Positions 1-11,129 of a stretch of 64,000 nt of DNA are shown here, one piece after another. A program made the translations under genes and the position numbers. Position 1 is the first letter of the stretch; the number at the start of each line of letters is the position of its first letter. The DNA is taken from the NCBI RefSeq assembly GCF_964204645.1, contig NC_134033.1, forward strand, positions 1,012,131 through 1,076,130. The letters run 5' to 3'. This DNA comes from Tubulanus polymorphus. Taxonomy: Eukaryota; Animalia; Nemertea. Under the pieces are notes generated by a model. It was not told the DNA's origin. It did no database searches and worked only from the letters and a program-made list of their open reading frames with translations.

Positions 1-126
1 ACTTAGACATCTTAGATTACATAGACTTGATATCTATAGATTAAATTACATAGACTTGATATGTAGATTAGATAGACATCTGTTATATTAAATAGAATTT
101 ATATGTAGATTACATGTATTTGATTT

Positions 127-200
127 GCAGACAATAACCAGTAGGTCTAACGCGCTGACAGGACGTCTCACCATGCTATCAGGTTCGAATCCTGAAATGC
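127..200 (+). pseudogene. tRNA-derived pseudogene or SINE head
   Basis: Perfect T-arm/B-box CAGG-TTCGAAT-CCTG (180-194) and a D-loop-like AGTAGGTCTAACGCG. No intact anticodon arm. Confidence 0.45.
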
Positions 201-211
201 AGTGGCTCACA

Positions 212-316
212 GGACCCGGGCTTGAATCGAGAGTTAAGCCGGGTGTAGGTCGCAGTGAGTAACAAGCCGTCGCAAGACCGACCTATAGTGAGTTAACTCC
301 TATTCAAACAGGGGCA
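212..316. mobile_element. Short palindromic MITE-like element
   Basis: Nested inverted pairs TTGAAT/ATTCAA, GAGTTAA/TTAACTC and TAGGTCG/CGACCTA. Confidence 0.45.
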
Positions 317-493
317 CGAATTTCAAACCCGAATTGTAGAACTGGTCCTGAATCGAGTGGCAAACGCGACTATGCTTACTAAGGCAATGTAACGGATCCA
401 CCAGGTGGCTCTAGTAAAGTAGGATTTAAGAATCTGTTTAAAAAGCCTAAAAGCGATTTAAAGTTTATGTATCACTAAAACTCATCACATATT

Positions 494-3400
494 TTAACCG
501 TCCAGAAACTGCAACGCGCCGAGAATCACTCCAACAATTATTAACAAATTCATCCTGTAGATGGCAGCACTGTTACAATAGCTGAAATCGTCGCAGCAAA
601 AAACATAGAAATTGTTAACATTTTGTGTTACAGAGCCACCAATGTGCACCAATTTACAATTCTCGTCAGTTTTAAGCATACAGCCTCGAATGTAAGATGT
701 AGGGTTTTCGTCATCATTGGTTACCTTCTGAAATTAAGAAGATATACTGTCATTCGATTGATGGCGCTGAGACTAGGAGCTACACACGTGATCTCCTAAA
801 GTCTACACTTTTCTGAAGAATTGCTAAAAAGTCTTCCTTACCTCATTTGAATCAGAGAAAAGAAAGAGACTCCATTCTAAATTAATTTCAACAATATGTT
901 TCCATGCCTACCATTTGAAATTATGTTCAAATCATCTAAATTCATGGTTCGTTGGCATGAGAATGCAGGAAAAACATTGTTAGATTTTGAAAAATGGCTG
1001 ATCTTTTCTCATTTCAACATGAGAAATGACGACTTTTTGACAATCCTTCAATACTAGTGTAAGTCAATGGATATAGAAACAATCGTACATATTTAAGGGG
1101 TTGTGTTAAAAAGTATCACTGCTTAGAAATTAACCCCATTTCACGAGGATTGCTGCGGGTGAGTTTCTATTTAAAAACGTTGGTTACACTTTGGAAAGAT
1201 ATTTCCTGTCTGTCACACCTGCTCTCCGCGCGACGTTTTGGTCCGTAATTTCGTTAATAATGAGTTTATCTGTACATATTATGCATCAATTTATCGAGTA
1301 AGGAATTCGCATTCAGAAGTAAATCATGAATTGGCATAAATTTGTTTGCGTTTTCATCTATCGGCGATCGTTTACCTAGCATACGCTCGCGTAATGCTGA
1401 AAACAGCTTTTGCGGCCCGTAACGTGGCGCCACCTACTGTATTTTGTTAAGCTAATGAATAGGTGATGACGTATCTTCGACTCCCGTAGCGCAGTGCATT
1501 ACGAAGTTTTGAATAGACAAAACACTTACCACACAGGTATGATCAATGGGACATGCGGTGCCTTTTACGTTTGTCTTGTAGGACTCGAGCTTGTCGTTAA
1601 CGAATTTCAAACCAGTCGAGGTACCTTCATATATAGATTTTTTACACTCATTCGTCGACGAAGAGTCTTCGATTGCAGAAATTCCAACTGACAACAAAAA
1701 GTAGACGAATTTACTTTATCGATGTAGAAAGTTTTAATCTAAATTTCTATATCCTAAACTCACCCTTTTTGGCGAAGGCATTCATCGCAGCGAATCCGTA
1801 TGAAGAGCCATAATCGCGCCAGCAGGATGCGCATGTCAGATTTGAAAGAGCTGTTCCTGAAAAGAAAAAAATAAATCAGCGTCTCTAACACTGAATTGTA
1901 TATATATAATTTTCTTACCAGCTGTGCTACGAGGACGTGGACAAACCGTGCGCGAGTCCACCCCCGGTCGACTAGGAAAAAGAAAGGGCGAAGAGAAAAT
2001 AACCGAACAACTGGCTATTACTGGCTGGAAACCGCTCGTGAAAATGCTTTCCGCAGCGGTTTCAAGCTATGCCACCGAAAAAAAAAACACTCGCGAAAAC
2101 GGTCAAACTGCGGTAGCGGTTTCCAGCTACCGGCAACAATTTCCAGTTATTGCATTGCAATAGTCCACTAGAAACCGCCAAACGCGTGCCGTTAAGCCGG
2201 GCGTACGTACACAACCACCAGCGATGATCGCCTCGCAAAGACCCGCCCACCTCGAAGGGACGTCGACAGTACAAAACATACACATACGCCCTTTAAAGAA
2301 AGGACCGAATGCGCTCAACCAAAACGCCGTCAAAATCTTTACAAACTCAACATAACGATGTCGGCAGAGGGTATTGAATCGCCTCCATTCTAACCTTTAA
2401 TTTAACCTTTGAACTGGGTCCTAATCTATTGCCTTTTCTCGATACCGAAATACAAATTCCGTTAGAAACCGGTAGTGACTTTATATCTCGAGTGTACAGG
2501 AAGGCTTCCAACACAGGCCTACTTTTGATTTTCAACGCCATGTGCCCGTACAAATGGAAGATAGGACTCATCAATACCATGCTTTTTCGTGCCTACAATA
2601 TTTTCAGTGATTGGACCATCTTTTCGGAAGAAATCAATTTCTTGAAAAATCTTTTTGAATCTAATGCGTTTCCTATTCATGTCATCGATCAATGTATCAA
2701 TAGATTTTTGAAATCAAAACAGAACTCAGAACCTAAACCGAAACCTGTTGAAGATGGAATTGATCTATTCATTTCATTACCGTATATTGGTAACCCGTCA
2801 ATCCTATTTGCCAGAAAATTGAAATATCTATTCAAAAGGAATTTTGAAATCAACATGAAGTGCACATTCACTACGACCAACATTAAGAATTTTTTCTCTT
2901 TGAAATGTGCTACCCCTAAATCGCTGAAGGCTAAAGTCATATATAAATTTAATTGTTTATGTGATATAAACACTTCCTATATTTGGAAAACTGAACGGCA
3001 TTTGGCCATCAGGATTAAAGAACACAGATCAAAGACTTCTGCGATTGGGCAACATCTCGCAATTTGTCACACGTCTTGTGATCAGGAATTCAGTGACAAC
3101 AAATTCAAAATTCTAGACAAAGGTTCATCTGATCTCGACTGTAAAATTAGGGAGGCCCTGCTTATTAAAGCGCAACGACCCTCTTTAAATCAACAATTAT
3201 TTCAAAACGGCTCATCCTTTATCCTAAATGTATCCAAATAATTAGCTTGTAATTAAATACTTGGTTTGTAATTAGCTTAGAATTTAGCACTTGTAATTTT
3301 GTAACTTATTTTGTATATAAATCTGTAGTTTAATCATTTGATTCACTTGCATTTCACCTGATGAGGGGATATGATCCCGAAAACGTTTGTGTTAATAAAC

Positions 3401-3665
3401 TGTATTTACTCATTAGAAAATGAGGTTTTTTAATGTTATCGCTTCTATGACTATTCGGATACTCAAACTCTCTTCCTAAGATATCAACGTAAGTTCGAAC
3501 CACGATTTAAAATCTTTTCCATAAATCTTTACTTTTCACACCAGTAAACATCTAATCGACAGTTCCCCCCGCGAGTTTTCAACAAGAATTTACTGAGTAA
3601 TTACCTTGAGCCAACAACAGAATCTGTAAAACTGCCGCCACAAACATAATCTGTAACTGATCCAT
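494..3665 (-). CDS. GPI-anchored Ly6/uPAR (three-finger, quiver/sleepless-like) protein, 181 aa, 4 exons
   Basis: Exons 3605-3665, 1764-1856, 1530-1687 and 494-727, all GT-AG and phase-consistent (546 nt). Protein MDQLQIMFVAAVLQILLLAQGTALSNLTCASC...NEC...TACPIDHTCVK...YIRGC...ENC...FCCDDFSYCNSA plus a hydrophobic tail: signal peptide, 10 Cys with CxxC and CC-x5-CN, GPI-like C-terminus. Confidence 0.85.
2372..3480 (+). mobile_element. 5'-truncated, decayed Penelope-like retroelement (RT C-terminus plus GIY-YIG endonuclease)
   Basis: Frameshifted LNRLHSNL*..TFELGPNLLPFLD RT motif near 2375-2443, VYRK motif, VIYKFNC-x-C...YI(W)KTER...RIKEH, SAIGQH, IREALLIK..PSLN (ORF 2429-3241). The YIG motif reads YIW. 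Lies in intron 1 of the Ly6 gene, antisense. Confidence 0.9.
3355..3391 (+). ncRNA. Minimal type I hammerhead ribozyme in the Penelope pLTR
   Basis: CAC-CTGATGA-GGGGATATGATCCC-GAAA-ACGT-T-T-GTG: conserved core, stem II, palindromic stem III (AAACGTTT) and stem I CAC/GTG. Confidence 0.75.
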
Positions 3666-4507
3666 CCTGTTATCTTCCTAGAGTCGTTTAGTATCAACTG
3701 TATAACTGCTGTCGTCTGTCTCCAGTAGAACTGCTGTCGTCTGTCTCCAGTAGAACTGCTGTCGTCCGTCCACACACGGGTCTGTGTCGCAGTCTTCCTA
3801 GTTTGTGCTGTTTTGTGGCCCTCGTCTCACCCCGGAAACTGCACAAGCTTCCCAAACAATTTATGATATAGAAATCTATTGATATATTTTCGCAATGATT
3901 CATCAGTCCAATCAATGTATGCTTATCTATGATTAAAAATTCCTGAACCTGGACTCCCAAACATTTCATAATTGTAAAATAGAAATGCCCCCAACAATGA
4001 CACTCATCGACTGGCTAGGAAATATTCAAATGACAAGTGTTAAATGCAGACGTAGATCGCGGGCCCAGGAAGAAGAATTTCAATTGAATTTATGAAATAG
4101 ATATTTGTGTCCCCTCTTCCCGGTTTGTGCTGTTTTGTGGCCCTCGTTTCACCCCGGAAACTGCGCAGGCTTCACAAAGAATTCTAAATCTATAGAAATC
4201 GACGTTAAGAATTGATTAGTTCAATCAATGAATTTATATCTGAAATGAAACTTTTCATTATTGTAAAATTCTTCCGACAAAATAGAAATAACCCCCATCA
4301 ACTTCACTTTAGGACTAAGGAAATCATCTTAACTTCAATATCTTAACGAATACATTTCAAATATATGAAGTTGATATATCAGATATTCTACCATCATTAA
4401 AATGAATCTTAAACCTATTTGCAATAGACTTTCAACTAATTCAATGTGTACGGTTTGCGGACCTAGCTAAGTCGAGAGTCAAATCAGGGCGGGCAAAAAT
4501 AGAATTT

Positions 4508-4696
4508 GGGCCGGCGCAGGAAAGCCCTGTTAATGCTAATGCGGATAGTTAACTGTGGTTAGGCGTAAATGGGCGCAGTAAAACGCTGTAAGCTAACCAT
4601 TGCCATCGTGTGGCCTCTCATTTTAACCTGGTTAAGCCAATCCACGGATACGCCACTAACCACGGCTAGGCTAACAATGTTTTCCTGCGCCCGCCC
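4508..4696. mobile_element. Degenerate palindromic MITE
   Basis: GGGCCGGCGCAGGAAA...TTTCCTGCGCCCGCCC termini, with inner GTGGTTAG-GCGTA / TACGCCACTAACCAC. Confidence 0.5.
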
Positions 4697-4717
4697 GTTG
4701 GACCAAAACGTTATGTT

Positions 4718-5141
4718 GGGGCACACGAGCGTATCTTTTCGCCCGATCGCGACAAATTTATAAACCGCTCGTGTGGCCACTGACGGCGACGACGATTTCG
4801 TCGGCCGACTCGATCGCCCGGCGAATAGCCCGTATCAAACATGTTTGATACTTTCGCTCGATTATTTACGCCGTCGGATCGGCCGCAAAATTCACTCGTC
4901 TGCCAGCACTCGGTGAATTCCGCCGAGCGATCCATTTATATCAACCAATAGGATGCATTGTTGATATCATGCGACTTGTTAACCCTCTCGCACTAAGTGG
5001 CGGTCGCTGGACTTCGGTTCGCCAAATTTCGGTTTGATCGCTACGTGTGCCCACTCGTATCGGGCGTTAAATTCGTCGGCGAAATCGCTGGCGAATTTAA
5101 TCGTCGCGCGATCGGCCGAATAAGATACTCTCGTGTGTCCC
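4718..5141. mobile_element. Non-autonomous DNA transposon (MITE, possibly Harbinger-like)
   Basis: About 34-bp TIRs GGGGCACACGAGCGTATCTTTTCGCCCGATCGCG and CGCGATCGGCCGAATAAGATACTCTCGTGTGTCCC; internal palindrome ATCAAACATGTTTGAT. TSD unclear. Confidence 0.75.
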
Positions 5142-5488
5142 TTTAGACCAGGACCTCTCGGTTAGGTCTCAAGCATACTCAACGACGATACTCAGAACGG
5201 CAGGCTACAAATAACTTCGAAACTTGCCTCAAACTATACACAGGCCTATAGGTCGATAGCGACATGGAACACGGGAAGGAGATCCTCCCTCCTTACGGGT
5301 CAAACCGTAGTCATTTAAACAAACAGAAAAAAACATCTGATATATATTATGATTTGTAGTCGATATATCAACGTAAGTTCGAACCACGATTTAAAATCTT
5401 TTCCATAAATCTTTACTTTTCACACCAGTAAACATCTAATCGACCGTTCCCCCTGCGAGTTTTTAACAAGCATTTACTGAGTAATTAC

Positions 5489-5549
5489 CTTGAGCCAACA
5501 ACAGAATCTGTAAAACTGCCGCCACAAACATAATCTGTAACTGATCCAT
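5489..5549 (-). CDS. Duplicate signal-peptide exon 1 of the Ly6 gene
   Basis: Identical 61-nt copy of 3605-3665 with intact ATG and AAG|GTAATT donor. Confidence 0.6.
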
Positions 5550-6365
5550 CCTGTTATCTTCCTAGAGTCGTTTAGTATCAACTGTAGAACTGCTGTCGTC
5601 TGTCTCCTGTAGAACTGCTGTCGTCTGTCTCCAGTAGAACTGCTGTCGTCTGTCTCCAGTAGAACTGCTGTCGTCCGTCCACACACGGGTTTGTGTCGCA
5701 GTCTTCCCGGTTTGTGCTGTTTTGTGGCCCTCGTCTCACCCCGGAAACTGCGCAGGCTTCACAAAGAATTCTAAATCTATAGAAACCGACGTTAAGAATT
5801 GATTAGTTCAATCAATGAATTTATATCTGAAATGAAACATTTCATAATTGTAAAATTCTTCCGACAAAATAGAATTAACCCCCATCAACTTCACTTTAGG
5901 ACTAGGGAAATATTAAAATGACACATGTTAAATCTAGGCAATTACCAAGTTCGTGCTTTGGTGTCATTTTGATGAATACAATATGAACTAAGTTTGTCAT
6001 AAAGCGGTTCAATGGACACGACTACCACTGACTAGATAATACCAGACTGACCCTGTACATTTTAACTTCAATATCTTAACGAATACATTTCAAATATATG
6101 AAGTTGATATTCTGATCTACTAGTCCTCATTAAAATGAATCTTAAAACTATTTGCAACGAATTTAATGCGTATCTCCGATTTACCGGTCCTAGCTCAAGT
6201 CAACCACAAATCACTGGTGCAAATTAATAGGAATTGGGAGCATTTTTACTTTATGTAGAATAAAAATATTTCAAACTAAATTTTCTCAACAAATCTATTT
6301 CGCAACCAAGTATGTGAAGTGTTTATAGAATCAGAATTATAACCAGAAAAACCTAAGGACAGTTT

Positions 6366-6785
<420 letters not shown>

Positions 6786-7853
6786 TTTCCAGCGAGGCAA
6801 ACTGTTTTTCTTGCTTACATTTAAATTCTAGTCATCAGGGATGATAAATAGAGGCTGCTTTAAACCACTGCTCGAGCGGATAAGATAATACTTCGAAAAG
6901 TTGCATGATTCATGACACTGTCATATGTTTGAGCTGCTCGTTTTATCACCGGGATTCGCGAACACGCGACCCCGATATTGAAAACCATCAGAAAATGCAA
7001 ATACTTGACAAACAAGCGAGAATTTACCGACGAGTTCTTATATTCCCCCGGAGAATGGATAAGATACGGTGTTTGTAATTTATGGAAACTGTCGTCGCTT
7101 TTAACTGTCTCGTGAATACCATCAGTCTTGGAGGTGTCACTATGATTTCTATATAGGGTCAGAACTAATACAAGCGGTACTATATATTACATATTCTGCA
7201 CCGTATATCCACCGACCAGACAAACGAGAATTTCTGAATCCTTGCTTGAATTTTGAAATTCCTTGCTAAAATTAAAGGAAATCTCCAAAAACGTAGCTCA
7301 GTTGGTTTAGGCGTGTTGCATCCACTATCAGTACTGGCAATATTTTCAATGTGCTCTGGCAACACTTCAAATGCCGTGTTCCCGTCATGTGGTTATTAAG
7401 TGGACAATCCAATAATGTTACTTTTGGGAGAACAAGATCATTGCTATAAGCGAGATAAGCGATTTTGAGTTCTGCTGGCTGCTTCCAGTGTGAGGGCAAC
7501 ACGTCAAAGACCATCGTCTCGTCATGAGGTTAGACGGATAATCCAATAGGATATTGGGAATCCGAACGACATGAAGCAAGAAAATCAAATATACAGACAA
7601 GTATCCGTTAGATAGACCGTGTACTTAGTATGAATGTCGTACGCTAGACACGGAAAATGAGCAATCTAAAAGCGATCGCGATTTTAAGTTGATCATGTTT
7701 GTATTTCAACGGTGGCTATATTTGAGATGAGATTCTCAGAATATTGAACGTCACGTTGCCTTAGCTACCGTGCTGCATATCTAATCTATTTCGATCCGCT
7801 ATCGCGCAGTTATAAATCTGTTCGTTTTTAAACGAAAAATTCATTTGTTATCT

Positions 7854-8158
7854 CAAGCCCGCCGAAACGTTTTTTCCTCGTGAAAAAAACTTTTTCGACG
7901 TTTTTTGTTATGCCGTGTGCGGGGAAGCCAAAACACAAAACGCCGAACAGAAAAATGTTTTTCGCGAGAAATAAACTTTGTTCACGAAACAAACACTGCT
8001 TGATTTGCGAAAAACGTTTTGTGTAGTCGAAAAAGTTTTTCGCTCCGTGTCCGTTGTACGTTTTCTCGTTTGCGGGCAAAACGTTTTACGATTGTGAAAA
8101 CGTGTTTTTCTGTTATGGCGAAACAAATGTTATGCCGTGTGCGGGGGGGGGGGCTTGA
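7854..8158. mobile_element. Putative MITE with internal AAAACGTTTT sub-repeats
   Basis: TCAAGCCC...GGGCTTGA ends and a duplicated TGTTATGCCGTGTGCGGGG. Confidence 0.4.
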
Positions 8159-8819
8159 CTCGTTTTTTATCGTTAAAATCCGTTCATAGTCCAATTACTC
8201 TCTGAATCGTGGAACCGAGCGGAACGCTGGAGTTCGTAATCGTAATTTCTACCTACGTGTACTATTAATAAGCTATATCGGGATATTATCGGCAATAGCG
8301 CTGAGTTGTTTTTGATGCGCGGTTATGAAATGATTGATTCTGCAATTTACTCGTCTGAAATCCTCTCAGGCTCGAGGCGAGCAGTGAGGGATGTTTTGCC
8401 GTCTGCTGAGAGCTTCCCGTCTCTCGCGTGAGTAACCAAACCATAGTACGACGACCCCGTTCAAAGCGACGGATTACGGTTCGAGTGAAAACTTCCCAAT
8501 AAGTCACGAAGAAAGAGTTATTTATCATTTATTTTCATAGGATGCGACATACAAAGATACACACGATTCAAGCCATGACACACATTAAACTAGTTTCTTT
8601 GTTTCGTTTAATTCTGACCACTGGCAGTTGAGCAACCGCTAGAGGCGCTAGTAGTAGAATAAAGTTATTGCCTCCTTAAATACCGTTCGACGTCAATCGG
8701 GTACGAAATGACGTCATAAAGGGGATCTTTGAATGCAATGAATCTAGGTCAATGAGTTACGACATTAACATGGTTAAGTTACGTCATTAGGGAGATTTAT
8801 GGGTGCAGCCATCTTATCC

Positions 8820-9896
8820 TCATTGACTTCGCGCGGAGGTCACTGAGTTCACGTGCGACAATGCGAAACCTCTATTCGTCACTCCGTTCTCCGATCCGAG
8901 CGTGCCACCAATGCACCCTCTATCGGGCATCAAGTCAAACATGGCCGACCGGAACTTGGCGCCGCTGATGACATATAGCAGGAAGTTGATGGCGTTGTTT
9001 AAGTAGGACAACAAATACAAACTTTCGTAAATCATGTTTTGCGTGTCGATGTTCAGATGATTGGTATAGCAAAGAACGTAGATCGCGAACGGGATCGTAG
9101 TGATCAAAAACGACGTATTCACCACCAGCAACATAACCGTCATACTAGTCAACCTCGAGCGCCGACTAGCGGCCGATGCCGACACTCGGTGGCTGTTGTA
9201 CTCCACACGCTGGTTAATCCGGCGCATGCGCAGAATGATCGACACGTTACAGAAACTGATAATCAACCACGTGACCGAGTAGACGGAGAAATCGATGTAA
9301 ACCCAGATATTATCGCTGAAATTGACGTAATGCGGCGGTGCGTAGCACCACGGTTTCGGGTCCTCTGGGACGTTAACAATAGTGACCGTTACGAACGCGT
9401 GGCTGTTTAGGGCGAATAACGCCAACGCCAAACAGCCGACCATAATCCCGGCGTGTTTTAGCGAGAACCATCGTTTCGCTTTAGACGGCTGATAAACGGA
9501 AACGAAACGCTCGATGGCGATCAGCGCTAGGATGCTGGACGAAAATTGCAACGTGAAATACATGAATACGGTTCTTAGTTTACAGATGGCAGCACTCTCT
9601 TCGTAGAGACTGAATCCGCTGATCGCTTTAATCCAAACGGGAAACAATCCGATCAACAAAGCCCCGTTATCGGAAAACGCGAGCACGATCAGTAACATGC
9701 CCGTTGTGGACGTTCTCAACGCTTTAATCGCTAACAGGATCAGCGTGCTGGCGCTGTTTCCAAATACTCCGAGAATCACGACGAAAATTGCCGCGTAACA
9801 GTTTAGAAACGATATATACGCCTCGACCGACGGTTCGCGAGTCGATCCGGGTTTTAGTAGCGTGTTATTCGTGTAATTAGCTGCTATGGTAGCCAT
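8820..9896 (-). CDS. Intronless rhodopsin-class GPCR, peptide/FMRFamide-receptor-like orphan, about 358 aa
   Basis: Seven hydrophobic segments; GN (TM1), LAFSD (TM2), ECL1 Cys, ERF at the DRY position, ITTIP (TM6), NNAINFLLY...KFR (TM7/H8); N-terminal NYT/NNT sequons. First ATG at 9896 (the ORF track starts at a GTG). Confidence 0.92.
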   Translation of the reverse strand: MATIAANYTNNTLLKPGSTREPSVEAYISFLNCYAAIFVVILGVFGNSASTLILLAIKALRTSTTGMLLIVLAFSDNGALLIGLFPVWIKAISGFSLYEESAAICKLRTVFMYFTLQFSSSILALIAIERFVSVYQPSKAKRWFSLKHAGIMVGCLALALFALNSHAFVTVTIVNVPEDPKPWCYAPPHYVNFSDNIWVYIDFSVYSVTWLIISFCNVSIILRMRRINQRVEYNSHRVSASAASRRSRLTSMTVMLLVVNTSFLITTIPFAIYVLCYTNHLNIDTQNMIYESLYLLSYLNNAINFLLYVISGAKFRSAMFDLMPDRGCIGGTLGSENGVTNRGFALSHVNSVTSARSQ

Positions 9897-10632
9897 CTTT
9901 AAAAGAGCAAAATCCGTTGAGCCTAAAATTGACAATATCCTATTCTTCAGCACGAAAAGCCATAGCAGCGATCTTTAAATCCGTATTATCCGTGCACCGA
10001 TGAATCTCTCATTTGTAAATACGAATAGCTGCCATAGCGGCGATCTTTGATCCGCTTATGCCTATCATCACGGGAATATATCTCTTTTGCCATTACCGTT
10101 AACTGCCATAGCGGCCGTCTTTGATATATTCCGAAGATTTATGCGCCAATAGAGAAAAGCCGATATATTTTGTTCCGGTGTCTGGAACTACCGCAGACGT
10201 ACACAAGATTAACTAGCCAGCGTAGTCGTTATACGCAATCCGGGAGAGGCTGTGACGCGGTGATTGCCGTATAATCGAGACACCCGTTACCGTAAAACGA
10301 GCGGAGGAAATTGCGTCGTAAATATGTAATTACGACTCATCGAAATTAATAGCGCTTCGATCGATGCGTTACGAATACCGCAAAATCAAAGCATAATGAT
10401 AATTCCATCGAATAAAGGCTACTATATTTCTCATAAATTTTCGCAATTATGAGTCGTTGATATTGTCTCCTCTATTTTGTACTTATCGTCTGTTCTGAAG
10501 CCCTAAATGTAATCAATACCACAATAATATGGATCATGTAGATAGAGATCTTATATCATTATTTCCGTGTTCCTATTATGCGTTGATTTCAAATAATCAA
10601 ATCTTTTTGTTGCTATTGCTGTATCATATAGC

Positions 10633-11129
10633 TATGACTGCAGAGTTCCAATATGCAAGTTACGAACTGATTGAGTCTATATCTATGACTGCAGTGTTCC
10701 AATATGCAAGTTACGGACTGATTGAGTCTATATCTATGACTGCAGAGTTCCAATATGCAAGTTACGGACTGATTGAGTCTATATCTATGACTGCAGAGTT
10801 CCAATATGCAAGTTACGGACTGATTGAGTCTATATCTATGACTGCAGAGTTCCAATATGCAAGTTACGGACTGATTGAGTCTATATCTATGACTGCAGAG
10901 TTCCAATATGCAAGTTACGAACTGATTGAGTCTATATCTATGACTGCAGAGTTCCAATATGCAAGTTACGGACTGATTGAGTCTATATCTATGACTGCAG
11001 AGTTCCAATATGCAAGTTACGAACTGATTGAGTCTATATCTATGACTGCAGAGTTCCAATATGCAAGTTACGAACTGATTGAGTCTATATCTATGACTGC
11101 AGTGTTCCAATATTCTAGATACGAACTGA
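10633..11129. repeat. 51-bp minisatellite, about 9.7 copies
   Basis: Unit TATGACTGCAGAGTTCCAATATGCAAGTTACGRACTGATTGAGTCTATATC. Confidence 0.97.

Larger units (their letters stand above)
3481..6205. repeat. Segmental tandem duplication: 3481-~4470 vs 5365-~6205
   Basis: Near-identical sequence from ATATCAACGTAAGTTCGAACC onward. A 25-bp repeat AGAACTGCTGTCGTCTGTCTCCAGT has 3 copies in the first unit and 4 in the second. An extra internal copy of the promoter block starts near 4115. Confidence 0.9.

Noticed and set aside
1764-1856. In-frame TGA (SLR*) suggesting selenocysteine
   Set aside because: Wrong frame; the phase-consistent frame reads LTCASC with no stop.
1919-2371. Donor CTG|GTAAGA at 1919 as the Ly6 first exon
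   Set aside because: The upstream frame is not signal-peptide-like, and a convincing exon 1 exists at 3605-3665. The segment itself is unidentified.
2429-3241. Active retrotransposon
   Set aside because: 5'-truncated, with a stop and frameshifts upstream and YIG changed to YIW.
9897-9953. GTG-initiated N-terminal extension of the GPCR
   Set aside because: Eukaryotic gene; the ATG at 9896 has good context and precedes the N-glycosylation sequons.
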